From positions 1-55,996 of the forward strand of contig JAGMCH010000044.1 in the NCBI GenBank assembly GCA_023129255.1: DNA of 55,996 bases, given 5' to 3'. The notes below the pieces were generated by a model, which was not told where the DNA came from, searched no databases, and worked only from the letters and a program-made list of their open reading frames with translations. The translations under genes and the position numbers were made by a program. Source of the stretch: Dehalococcoidales bacterium (GTDB lineage Bacteria > Chloroflexota > Dehalococcoidia > Dehalococcoidales > BS750m-G39). This document shows positions 24,549 through 33,197 of this stretch, piece by piece; within the stretch, counting starts at the first letter, position 1, and every line of letters begins with the position of its first letter.

Positions 24549-25100
24549 ATGAATATTCTATCACCGATTAAAGAAGAAGTAATAGAAAAGCTGACCGTCG
24601 GCACCAGGGTTCTGATTTCCGGCGTTATCTATACCGCCCGGGACGCCGCCCACTACCGGCTTATCCAAGCCCTGGATAAAGGGGGGAAACTGCCCTTCGA
24701 CCTTGAGGGGCAAACGCTATACTATATGGGACCGTCTCCAGCCCGACCGGGGCAGGTCATTGGCTCAGCCGGTCCCACCACCAGCAGCCGCATGGATATT
24801 TATACCCCCCGCCTCCTCGCCGCCGGCATTAGAGCCATGATTGGCAAGGGAAGCCGCTCACCGGAAGTAAGAGAGGCTATCAAGAAGTATAAAGCCGTTT
24901 ATCTGGTTACTATAGGCGGCGCCGGCGCTTTGCTAGCCAAATCCATCAAACAGGCAGAGGTCATCGCCTATGAGGATTTGGGCGCTGAGGCTATCATGCG
25001 ACTTACTGTGGAGAACTTCCCGGCTATCGTCGCCAACGATATTTACGGGCAAGACCTTTTTGAGCAGGGCAAAGCTAAATATCAAAAGGGGAGGAAATAA
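24549..25100 (+). CDS. class I (Fe-S) fumarate hydratase, beta subunit (C-terminal domain type)
   Basis: 183 aa. SGVIYTARDAAH, GPTTSSRMD and IGKG motifs of the Fe-S hydro-lyase beta family. Confidence 0.85.
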   Translation: MNILSPIKEEVIEKLTVGTRVLISGVIYTARDAAHYRLIQALDKGGKLPFDLEGQTLYYMGPSPARPGQVIGSAGPTTSSRMDIYTPRLLAAGIRAMIGKGSRSPEVREAIKKYKAVYLVTIGGAGALLAKSIKQAEVIAYEDLGAEAIMRLTVENFPAIVANDIYGQDLFEQGKAKYQKGRK

Positions 25101-25441
25101 TGGCCTGCATTTTCTGCCAGATTGTATCAGGCAGAATCCCCAGCGACATCGTCTATCAGGATGAAGAGGTAATCGCCTTCCGCGATATTAAGCCACAGGC
25201 GCCGGTACACCTGATTATTATCCCCAGAAAGCATATCCTCTCCCTAGCCCATCTATCTGAAGTCGACTCAGCCCTTGTCGGGCGCATGGTGGCTATTGCC
25301 AATCAACTGGCGAAAAAGGAAGGCGCGGCTCAAAACGGCTATCGGCTGGTGATAAACTGCGGTGAGCAGGGGGGACAGCTGGTGCCTCACCTCCATATGC
25401 ATCTTCTCGGCGGGCGAGGGCTCTCAGACACTCTTGGCTGA
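25100..25441 (+). CDS. HIT family (histidine triad) nucleotide-binding protein
   Basis: CIFCQI...D..P.APVH.LIIPRKH and HLHMHLLGG. The ATG overlaps the preceding stop. Confidence 0.9.
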   Translation: MACIFCQIVSGRIPSDIVYQDEEVIAFRDIKPQAPVHLIIIPRKHILSLAHLSEVDSALVGRMVAIANQLAKKEGAAQNGYRLVINCGEQGGQLVPHLHMHLLGGRGLSDTLG

Positions 25442-25969
25442 TTTCCGATACTCTAAAAAGGTGAGCAAGCCGGCAATGCTCTTGGCATCACAGATAGAGC
25501 CCGAGGCAATCAAACCGGAAATCTGAGCCAGCGGCACCCGGTCTAACCTGATACTCTCACTATCCTCAGCCTGAAGCGGACTGGGAACAAGGTCGGTAGC
25601 CAGATAAAGATGGAGGTATTCGGTGCAGTAGCCGGGAGAGGAGTAAAATCCACCCAGCCTCTCCACCTTCCGGGGGAGAAAGCCAGCCTCCTCACGCAAC
25701 TCACGACGAACACAATCCACCGGGTCTTCGCCAGGTTCAATACCGCCGGCCGGTATCTCCAGTAGCTCCTTCTCCACCGACTTGCGAAATTGACTTACCA
25801 GCAGGATGTTGTCCTTATCGTCAACGGCAATAATAGCTACACAATCGCTATGCTCCACAATCTCCCGCATGGTCTCCCGGCCACTGGGCATCCTGACGGT
25901 ATCAACCCGCAACTTTACCGCCCGCCCATCGTAGACCATTCGGCTGGATAGCGTCTCTTCCTCAGCCAA
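25424..25969 (-). CDS. ADP-ribose pyrophosphatase-type NUDIX hydrolase
   Basis: Nudix box GGIEPGEDPVDCVRRELREEAGF, and N-terminus EETLSSRMVYDGRAVKLRVDTVRMPSG typical of NudF. ORF-track start is 26008, but the TTG at 25969 has GGAGG 6 nt upstream and follows the GNAT stop. Confidence 0.8.
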   Translation of the reverse strand: MAEEETLSSRMVYDGRAVKLRVDTVRMPSGRETMREIVEHSDCVAIIAVDDKDNILLVSQFRKSVEKELLEIPAGGIEPGEDPVDCVRRELREEAGFLPRKVERLGGFYSSPGYCTEYLHLYLATDLVPSPLQAEDSESIRLDRVPLAQISGLIASGSICDAKSIAGLLTFLEYRKSAKSV

Positions 25970-25970
25970 G

Positions 25971-26429
25971 CTAGACCTCCGGGTGATAGACAAGAGCCAC
26001 CTCATCACAATCGGGGAATTTGGGGCAGCGGTAGCACTCAGTCCACACCTTTCTTGGCAGCTCCATCCTATCTACTTGAGAAAAGCCAAATTTCTCAAAA
26101 AGGGCTGGCTTGTAAGTCAGGCAAAAGACGGTGGTAATACCAAGTTCCTCAGCTTCTTTAAGGCAAGCCTCAACTAATTGGGCGCCAATGCCCTGCTCCT
26201 GGCTACCCTCAGCTACCGCCAGCGACCTTATCTCAGCCAGGTCTGACCAGAAAACATGCAGTACCACACAGGCAACCACCCGCTCACCCTGTCTGACCAC
26301 AAAACAATCCCTTATGTTCTCATACAACTCGCTCAACGAGCGAGGTAGCATCTCATCCTTATCAGCAAAGTAGTTAATTAGCTGCTGCATCTGAGGGACA
26401 TCGCTGATTCTGGCTTTTTCTACCTTCAA
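25971..26429 (-). CDS. GNAT family N-acetyltransferase
   Basis: 152 aa. The acetyl-CoA binding block LAVAEGSQEQGIGAQLVEA matches the R/Q-x-x-G-x-G/A pattern. TTG start. Confidence 0.75.
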   Translation of the reverse strand: MKVEKARISDVPQMQQLINYFADKDEMLPRSLSELYENIRDCFVVRQGERVVACVVLHVFWSDLAEIRSLAVAEGSQEQGIGAQLVEACLKEAEELGITTVFCLTYKPALFEKFGFSQVDRMELPRKVWTECYRCPKFPDCDEVALVYHPEV

Positions 26430-26430
26430 C

Positions 26431-27264
26431 TTACTGCTTCCCTTTCAACTTTTGCTCCAGAGAGCTATAGAAAGCGGCTTCAGGGTGAATTCTTAAAAAA
26501 CGAGCGGTATTAGAGCTATGCTTTACGGTGATAACGGCACCACTCTCCAGTGGTAAATTTATATGACCATCAACACTCAGCGCTGCCTGATGGGTGGTAG
26601 CCAGGCGCAGCCTGACCACTGCCGTAGCTGGTAATACCACGGTGTAAGCTGGACTGAGATGGGGCAATATAGGCGTCAGCAAAAACTCCTTAGCCTGGGG
26701 ATGGAGGATAGGACCACCGGCAGCCAGCGAATAGCCAGTGCTGCCAGTGGCGGTAGCCACAATAACGCCGTCACCTTTATAGGTAGTCAGCGGCTCGTCG
26801 TCAATGCTGGCTTCCACATAGACCACCCGGGCTACTGCCCCCCGCGCCACCACCACATCGTTTAAGGCATAGAAGGTACGAGGCGGCTCAAGTTCGGTGG
26901 CACCAAGCTCAGCCTCAAGCATAGCCCGTTCGTCAAGCCAACCCTTCCCCTCGAGCAAAGCGGGCAGCTTATCCTTGGCTTCCTCAGCACTGAGCTCAGT
27001 CATAAAGCCCAGCTTGCCCAGATTAATCCCGGTAATAGGCGTTTGACCGGGAACCACTACCTGAGCCGCCCGCAGGATAGTGCCATCGCCGCCGATACTA
27101 AGAATTAGCTCGGTGTCATCCACCTGAGACTTAGCCTTCTCCCCCTCCCAGGCAGAGCATAGCCATACCGATACCCCCCTGGCGGTTAAAAAATCCTTCA
27201 TTTCCTCAGCCAGGGTATGGGCGACCTCAATCTTGGGGTGATAAAGAATGCCAATTTTTTTCAT
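26431..27264 (-). CDS. nadK: NAD kinase
   Basis: GGDGTILRAA, NLGKLGFM and ATATGSTGYSLAAGGPI motifs. Confidence 0.9.
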   Translation of the reverse strand: MKKIGILYHPKIEVAHTLAEEMKDFLTARGVSVWLCSAWEGEKAKSQVDDTELILSIGGDGTILRAAQVVVPGQTPITGINLGKLGFMTELSAEEAKDKLPALLEGKGWLDERAMLEAELGATELEPPRTFYALNDVVVARGAVARVVYVEASIDDEPLTTYKGDGVIVATATGSTGYSLAAGGPILHPQAKEFLLTPILPHLSPAYTVVLPATAVVRLRLATTHQAALSVDGHINLPLESGAVITVKHSSNTARFLRIHPEAAFYSSLEQKLKGKQ

Positions 27265-27368
27265 AGGTTAGACCCGCTTTGTAATAACGTGAAAATTTCG
27301 CTTCTGAAGGCAAGGGAAGTGTAGCATTGCCCCTTTGAGGTGTCAAGGCTAGAATTTGAGTGGCTATG

Positions 27369-27818
27369 TTACCGTGGGCTGGGGGCTGATTTTTTCGCCG
27401 GCCTAAGGCTCTTGATGCTAAGGACTATACTGCCCACCATCCCGACCAAAAACCCCAATGGGCAGACAAATATTGCCATGATAAAGAAGAAAGGCTCGTC
27501 TCCCCCGTTCCAAAAGCCTTCGCCAAAAAAGTAGATAAACAGACCATAAACCAGATTGTGCAACAAAACAAAGACAAAAAATCCTGTGGCGGAAGCTCCG
27601 GTCAATAGAAAGAACTTTTTAAGCGTTCCTCCAATTTTTTCCTTCAGGGTTAAAACTAGCAGGGCAATGCCCAACAGGAAGAAGACAGCAAACGGCATCA
27701 AAAACAACTCAGAACCCCTGAGTAAGTCTCTGAATGCTGGAATTGAGAAGAGACAGACTATGACAACGAAAACCCCTACTAACGCCCAAAATATGGGCCA
27801 ACTAAACTTCCCCTTCAT
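27369..27818 (-). CDS. hypothetical membrane protein (4 predicted TM helices)
   Basis: 149-aa hydrophobic, AT-rich ORF. No family recognised. Confidence 0.5.
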   Translation of the reverse strand: MKGKFSWPIFWALVGVFVVIVCLFSIPAFRDLLRGSELFLMPFAVFFLLGIALLVLTLKEKIGGTLKKFFLLTGASATGFFVFVLLHNLVYGLFIYFFGEGFWNGGDEPFFFIMAIFVCPLGFLVGMVGSIVLSIKSLRPAKKSAPSPR

Positions 27819-27961
27819 TTCCTGGCCCCTTTTTTGCGCCTGCCAGGTGCCGTCTTGCTGAGCTTTTTAATCGCCCTGCCCGACTTAAACCGGTTCAGAT
27901 TAACAAAGCCCCGGGTTCGGTTCACATCTACTCCGCCTTTTTGCTGAAAGCAAAGCCCTGG

Positions 27962-28807
27962 TTAATAAGGTATCTCCTCAGCATCCAGCGCCTCTGGGGG
28001 TAGTTCAATGGAGACTGGCTCATTGTAGTCGTAGAAGCTCTCCACTATCTTAATATCCATGGTCATCTTATCAAAATCATCCGCAGTGGCACCTACATCG
28101 CTGGCACTCATTTCCAGAACCATTTCAATCTCTACCTTCATAAGCAAGTAGCTATCTTTGGCTATCCATTCTTTAACCGACAACTCCTTATAAAGGTCAG
28201 CCAGGTCAAACTGGCTGAAGTCCATGATTCCCATACCAGATGTCTCCTGAGACAACAGTTCGCCCAATGCTTCCATACTTGGCACTATCTCGAAAAGATA
28301 GCATTCGGTACCACTTACCGTCTCGCTGCCCAAATAATCAATCTCGACGGCTGTTCTCAAGAACTCCAGTAGCGGCTCAATCTGGCCCTGCTGCTGCCAC
28401 ATCTCCTCAGTTACCGCCATCTTCATCCATTGTTCGCCTATCTCAGGGATGTCCACCTTGGTATACAGCCACCCGCCAACGATGTAAACTTCCGCTGCCA
28501 TCTCTTGTTCACCAATTCCCGGTATGTCCATCGCCATACTCATTGTCATTTGCATTTCTTCATTGGCCATGTCCATAACACCTGTGCCATCAACCGAAAT
28601 GCTCGCTTTACCCGGCTCAGACCCACCAACCACCTCCATGGTCATTGGCATCTCCACATCGAACTTGACGGTATCATATTCGGCAGAGGTGACATTGGCG
28701 ATTATCTGGTCTATCTCCTCTTGAGGAAGTCCTCCAACGCAACCGACAAGGGTAAAAGACAGGATTAGCGCCAGAGATAAGGCTAATATCCTCTTTACTG
28801 CTGACAT
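27962..28807 (-). CDS. hypothetical acidic lipoprotein
   Basis: Signal peptide with lipobox LVGC (MSAVKRILALSLALILSFTLVGC). The mature part is Met/Glu/Asp-rich, with an internal DIP(G/E)IGEQ.M duplication. Confidence 0.6.
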   Translation of the reverse strand: MSAVKRILALSLALILSFTLVGCVGGLPQEEIDQIIANVTSAEYDTVKFDVEMPMTMEVVGGSEPGKASISVDGTGVMDMANEEMQMTMSMAMDIPGIGEQEMAAEVYIVGGWLYTKVDIPEIGEQWMKMAVTEEMWQQQGQIEPLLEFLRTAVEIDYLGSETVSGTECYLFEIVPSMEALGELLSQETSGMGIMDFSQFDLADLYKELSVKEWIAKDSYLLMKVEIEMVLEMSASDVGATADDFDKMTMDIKIVESFYDYNEPVSIELPPEALDAEEIPY

Positions 28808-28931
28808 TTTTCCCCTCCTTCATCTAAAGCTGTCATTTCTATCTCCTTATTATGACTATCATAACATATTGAGGAATCAGTGAACAAAGCCCTCCAAATT
28901 CGCCTAGCTTGGTTGAATCTAGTAGTATCAA

Positions 28932-29408
28932 CTAGCGCTTAACGAAGCTAGCTATCCGCTCACCAAACTGCCTGCATTCAGCCAGACGCTTCTCATCCGG
29001 CGCCCCAATTGAAACTGCTCCGCTGAAGCCCGATTGGTGACCAACTATCACCATCCCATGCCACAGCATGGCTCGGATAAGGCTAAGCAAGGTCGTCTCA
29101 TTTCCACCTTCTCCACCCCCACAGGAGGTAAAAGCAGCGCCAATTTTGTCCTTCAGTTTGCCAGGTTTGCCAGGCCAGAGGCCAATAGACTTATCAAAAA
29201 ACGCCTTCATCTTGCCCGACATGGTGCTGAAATAGGTTGGCGAACCCAGAACTATAGCCTCAGCAGCAGCAAGGTCACCCAAGCTGGTATTGTCCACATG
29301 CTTAACCTCGACATCAAGCCCAGCCGCCTTTATTCCATCACCGATAGCTCTTGCCATCTTCTCAGTATTACCTGTTTCAGAATCATAGACCACTAACGCC
29401 TTAGGCAT
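28932..29408 (-). CDS. flavodoxin-fold FMN protein (WrbA/flavodoxin-like)
   Basis: ALVVYDSETGNTEKMA and LGSPTYFSTMSGKMKAFFD motifs. Confidence 0.75.
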   Translation of the reverse strand: MPKALVVYDSETGNTEKMARAIGDGIKAAGLDVEVKHVDNTSLGDLAAAEAIVLGSPTYFSTMSGKMKAFFDKSIGLWPGKPGKLKDKIGAAFTSCGGGEGGNETTLLSLIRAMLWHGMVIVGHQSGFSGAVSIGAPDEKRLAECRQFGERIASFVKR

Positions 29409-29480
29409 TCTACCACCTCCAATATTTAATTCCGTTATTGACCATTATACATGATAAATCAACTAGAAAAGAAGCCATTT

Positions 29481-29576
29481 GTCAGAGGGAGTTTGAGAGG
29501 GGCTTCGCCCCTCTTTTTTAATTATCTCCCCCTCTCCTTTGAAGGAGAGGGGGATTAAGGGGGTGAGGTAGATAAA
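29481..29576 (+). repeat. E-type intergenic repeat
   Basis: gtcagagggagtttgagaggggcttcgcccctctttttt, then ccccctctcctttgaaggagaggggg, then attaagggggtgaggtagataaag. Confidence 0.8.
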
Positions 29577-29585
29577 GAATCCCAG

Positions 29586-31049
29586 CTAAAAAGCGAACAT
29601 CTTAGCTGCCATTTCGGCGAGCTTCATTATATAGCCGGGGATAACACCAAGTAGCAACACGCCGAGGCAGGAAAGGGATAGCGCCAACCTCAGCGCCCCG
29701 GAAGAGGGCACCTTCTCCTCAGAGGCTGGCTCGCCCAGCCACATTACCTTTACCACCCTGAGATAGTAGTAGGCGGATATTACGCTGTTTATTACGGCAA
29801 TAACCACCAGCCACAGCAAGCCGTGCTGCACCGCCCCGCTGAAGATGTAGAACTTAGCCATAAATCCGGCGGCTGGCGGCATGCCAATCAAGGAAATTAA
29901 ACACAGGGTCAGGGCTAAAGCCAGCAGTGGCGCCCGCCGGCCCATGCCCGAATAGTCTTGAATTAAGTCGCTGTCAACCTTGTTGGAGATGGCGATGATG
30001 GCAGTAAAAGCGCCCAGGTTGGTCAGGGCATAGCTGGCGAGGAAGAAGAGGAGACTGCTTCTACCCACAACTTCTGCCGCCGGCGAGAACCCCACCACGG
30101 CCAGCCCCACCATGAGGTAGCCAGCCTGAGCGATGCTGGAATAACCCAGCATACGCTTGATATTGGTCTGAGGAATGGCAATTACATTGCCCAGGGTCAT
30201 ACCGATAGCCGCCAGCACGGCAAATATGAAACCCCAGTCCAGACTCAGCCAGGATGGAAGGCCAAAGGCGGAATAGAACACCCTGAGGATGATGGCAAAG
30301 CCGGCAGCCTTGCTGGCTACCGAGAGATAGGCGGTTATCGGCGTTGGCGCCCCCTCATAAACATCGGGCACCCACATATGGAAGGGGATGGCGGCAATCT
30401 TAAAGCCGAAGCCAGCCACCATCAGCACCATGCCCAGGATAAGTCCGGGACTGTCTAGAACACCTGATAACGACAGCCCCTGGATAGCCTGGGCAATCTC
30501 ACCTAGCTGCGTCTGGCCGGTAAAGCCAAAGACCAGCGCCATGCCAAAGAGCAGCACTGCCGAGGCGACCGCCCCCAGCAAAAGATATTTGAGCGAGGCT
30601 TCGGTTGATTTGGGGTCTTTGAGAAAACCGACCAGAACATATAGAGATATGCTGGCCAGCTCCAGCGCAATATAGATGGAGATTAGCTCGGCGGTGGCTG
30701 CCATCAGCATCATGCCCAGGGCAGACAGAAGCACCAGAGCATAGTATTCGCCCTGAAAGCGGGAAAACTTGGAGACATAGTCCACTGAGGCGAGAATAAC
30801 CAGGGCGGCGATGGCTAGGAACAGCAGCTTGAAGAAGAGGGCAAAGTTATCCACCGCCAGCATATTGTTGAAGATAGCCTGTGAGCTGCCTCCCCACATA
30901 GCTATGGTGAAACCGGCGGCTACCACCACACCAGCCAGACTGACCACCACCAGCCATCCCTTGCGCGGTATTACCAGGTCAAGCAGGATGACCACTATGG
31001 CCGTGGCAGCCAGAGTCAGCTCAGGCGTAAATAGCTCAAGATTCAACAT
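29586..31049 (-). CDS. nuoN: NADH-quinone oxidoreductase subunit N
   Basis: 487-aa antiporter-like polytopic protein, the last gene of the nuo cluster. Confidence 0.9.
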   Translation of the reverse strand: MLNLELFTPELTLAATAIVVILLDLVIPRKGWLVVVSLAGVVVAAGFTIAMWGGSSQAIFNNMLAVDNFALFFKLLFLAIAALVILASVDYVSKFSRFQGEYYALVLLSALGMMLMAATAELISIYIALELASISLYVLVGFLKDPKSTEASLKYLLLGAVASAVLLFGMALVFGFTGQTQLGEIAQAIQGLSLSGVLDSPGLILGMVLMVAGFGFKIAAIPFHMWVPDVYEGAPTPITAYLSVASKAAGFAIILRVFYSAFGLPSWLSLDWGFIFAVLAAIGMTLGNVIAIPQTNIKRMLGYSSIAQAGYLMVGLAVVGFSPAAEVVGRSSLLFFLASYALTNLGAFTAIIAISNKVDSDLIQDYSGMGRRAPLLALALTLCLISLIGMPPAAGFMAKFYIFSGAVQHGLLWLVVIAVINSVISAYYYLRVVKVMWLGEPASEEKVPSSGALRLALSLSCLGVLLLGVIPGYIMKLAEMAAKMFAF

Positions 31050-31052
31050 GCT

Positions 31053-32537
31053 TTAACCACCTAATAACCCCATTATGGGCATAATGCCCGTTTTAATAAC
31101 ATCGGTCAGGATTGCCGGGTAGATGCCGACCAGCATAATTACGGCCACAAAAACAAACATATATACCCGTTCCAGAATATCGGCGTCCTTCACTCCATTG
31201 AACTTCTCCAGCGCTGGACCATAGAATACCCTTTGTAGCATCCACAGAATATAGCCGGCGGTGATAACGATACCCAGCACACCAAGGATAGTGTAAACCT
31301 GAATTCCAGAAACGACGGTGCTGGAAAAGCTACCGACAAAGACCAGAAACTCGGCGGCAAAGCCGCTGGTGGTGGGCAGTCCCAGGGCACCTAAACCGGC
31401 TACCGAGAAGATAACAGCAATAATCGGCATCTGCCTCACCAGACCGCCAAGCTTCCTTAAGTCTCGCTCCCCAGCATTGTGCATCACCAGACCTGCCATA
31501 GCAAACAGCAGCCCGGTGATAATGCCGTGGCTGAACATCTGCAGGCTAGCCCCAACCAGACTCACCTGACCCAAGGCGAAAATGCCCAGAAGCACATAGC
31601 CCATATGGCTGATACTACTATATGCAATCAGCCTCTTTAAGTCGGCCTGCCTCAAGGTTACCGCCGCCCCATAGAGCACACTAACCACGGCAAATGCCAC
31701 CAGTAAGGGCGCATATTGTTGGGCGACCTGTGGAAAGATGGTTACGCACAGGCGAATCATCCCGTAGCCACCCATCTTAAGTAGCGCCCCGGCCAGCACC
31801 ACACTCACTGCCGTTGGGGCATCGGTGTGGGCGTCGGGCAACCAGGTATGCAGGGGGAAAACCGGCAGCTTGACGGCGAAGCCAATAAGCAAGAGAAAGA
31901 AAATGGCAGTCACCGGCATAACCGACTGCACCATGACCAGCCCGCCCTGAGCTATATCCACCATACTGAGGCTGCCGGTGGCGAAGTAGAGGCTGAGGAT
32001 GCCAGCCAGCATCATGGCACTGCCAAATAAAGTATATACAACATACTTTATCGCTGAGTATTCCTTCCTGCCCGTGCCCCAGATGGAGATGAGGAAATAC
32101 ATGGGGATGACCTCTATCTCCCAGAAGAGGAAGAACAAAAGCAGGTCAAGGGAGCAGAATACCCCCAGAATGCTTGTTTCCAGAAGTAGCAGCCAGGCAA
32201 AATACTCCCTGGGTCTCAAGTCAATCTTCCACGAGATGAGCACCACCAGAAAGCCGAGGAGAGCCATCAGTATCACCAGGGGCAGGCTCAAGCCATCGAC
32301 GCCAAGGTGGTAGTGAGCATTGATGGCCGGAATCCAGGAAAACTTCTCCTCAAACTGGATTGCAGAGCCTGAGCGGTCAAAGATGGCGAAGAGATAGATA
32401 GACAGGGCTAGCGGCACAAAGGTAAACAGGGCGGCTAGCCGCTTAATCAGCCTGCCAGAAAGCCCAGGGATAAAGGCAATCAGAATTGCCCCCACCACCG
32501 GCAGGAAGATTATGGTTGTCAGGTAATTAAAGTCCAA
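31053..32537 (-). CDS. nuoM: NADH-quinone oxidoreductase subunit M
   Basis: 494 aa with the HTWLPDAHTDAPTAVSVVLAG motif. TTG start. Confidence 0.9.
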   Translation of the reverse strand: MDFNYLTTIIFLPVVGAILIAFIPGLSGRLIKRLAALFTFVPLALSIYLFAIFDRSGSAIQFEEKFSWIPAINAHYHLGVDGLSLPLVILMALLGFLVVLISWKIDLRPREYFAWLLLLETSILGVFCSLDLLLFFLFWEIEVIPMYFLISIWGTGRKEYSAIKYVVYTLFGSAMMLAGILSLYFATGSLSMVDIAQGGLVMVQSVMPVTAIFFLLLIGFAVKLPVFPLHTWLPDAHTDAPTAVSVVLAGALLKMGGYGMIRLCVTIFPQVAQQYAPLLVAFAVVSVLYGAAVTLRQADLKRLIAYSSISHMGYVLLGIFALGQVSLVGASLQMFSHGIITGLLFAMAGLVMHNAGERDLRKLGGLVRQMPIIAVIFSVAGLGALGLPTTSGFAAEFLVFVGSFSSTVVSGIQVYTILGVLGIVITAGYILWMLQRVFYGPALEKFNGVKDADILERVYMFVFVAVIMLVGIYPAILTDVIKTGIMPIMGLLGG

Positions 32538-32599
32538 CTATGCTAACCCCCATTTGATTTATCAACCCAATTTCACCTGTTTGTGATGACGCTATGTAC

Positions 32600-32980
32600 T
32601 TAAAGTCCCCAAAAACCCCCGTCTTTCTTCTTCCTTTTAGCCTTCTTATCTGCAATCTCTTTGGTTTTCTTCTCAAAATAGCTTTGAGGTATTGCCTTTG
32701 CTGGAGGGCCTTTGGCTTTTGTGGCAGGAGTCAGACCATACTTGCGTCTAAACTCACCGTCAGTCATACTGCCCTTTCGGGTGTTGCAAGGCCCACATAT
32801 GAGTTGAAGGTTGCGTATTTTATTCGACCCATCACGACTAATCGGCGTTTTATGGTCAACATGCAAATAAGCTAGACCAAGCTTTCTACCACAGTACATA
32901 CATCGCCCTTTCTGAGAGTCAAACAACAATTTTTGCTCTGTGGTTCCAACATGCTTTCGCCGTGTCTCCCCAAATATCAT
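32600..32980 (-). CDS. HNH endonuclease (small, zinc-finger type)
   Basis: CMYCGRKL...HVDHKTP...N...LICGPCNTRKG (CxxC...HxDH...N...CxxCN). Lys-rich C-terminal tail. AT-richer than the flanking nuo genes. Confidence 0.85.
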   Translation of the reverse strand: MIFGETRRKHVGTTEQKLLFDSQKGRCMYCGRKLGLAYLHVDHKTPISRDGSNKIRNLQLICGPCNTRKGSMTDGEFRRKYGLTPATKAKGPPAKAIPQSYFEKKTKEIADKKAKRKKKDGGFWGL

Positions 32981-33197
32981 ATCTACCTCACCCCCTGTAT
33001 CCCCCTCTCCTTCAAAGGAGAGGGGGAGGGATTTTTTGTAAGAGGGGCTTCGCCTCTCTCTAACTCTCCTTTAACCTTTTCTCCCCCCCCAAGGAGAAGA
33101 GTCTTTAGAGAAGGGGCTTCGCCCCCTCTCTTCCCTTCACTCCCCCTTCCCTTGGTAAGGGAAGGGGGTCAGGGGGATAGGTTGCTAGATAATCTCC
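32981..33197. repeat. two E-type repeats in inverted, tail-out orientation between nuoL and the HNH gene
   Basis: The reverse unit at 32981..33062 has its tail ggtgaggtagat abutting the HNH ATG. The forward unit at 33100..33195 reads agagaaggggcttcgccccctctct, ctcccccttcccttggtaagggaaggggg, tcagggggataggttgctagataa. Confidence 0.8.

Noticed and set aside
32600-32980. The HNH gene plus adjacent structured repeats could be an IscB/TnpB-like RNA-guided nuclease with its guide RNA.
   Set aside because: The protein is only 126 aa with a single HNH zinc-finger domain. It has no RuvC segments or bridge helix, and the adjacent repeats occur at many loci that have no nuclease.
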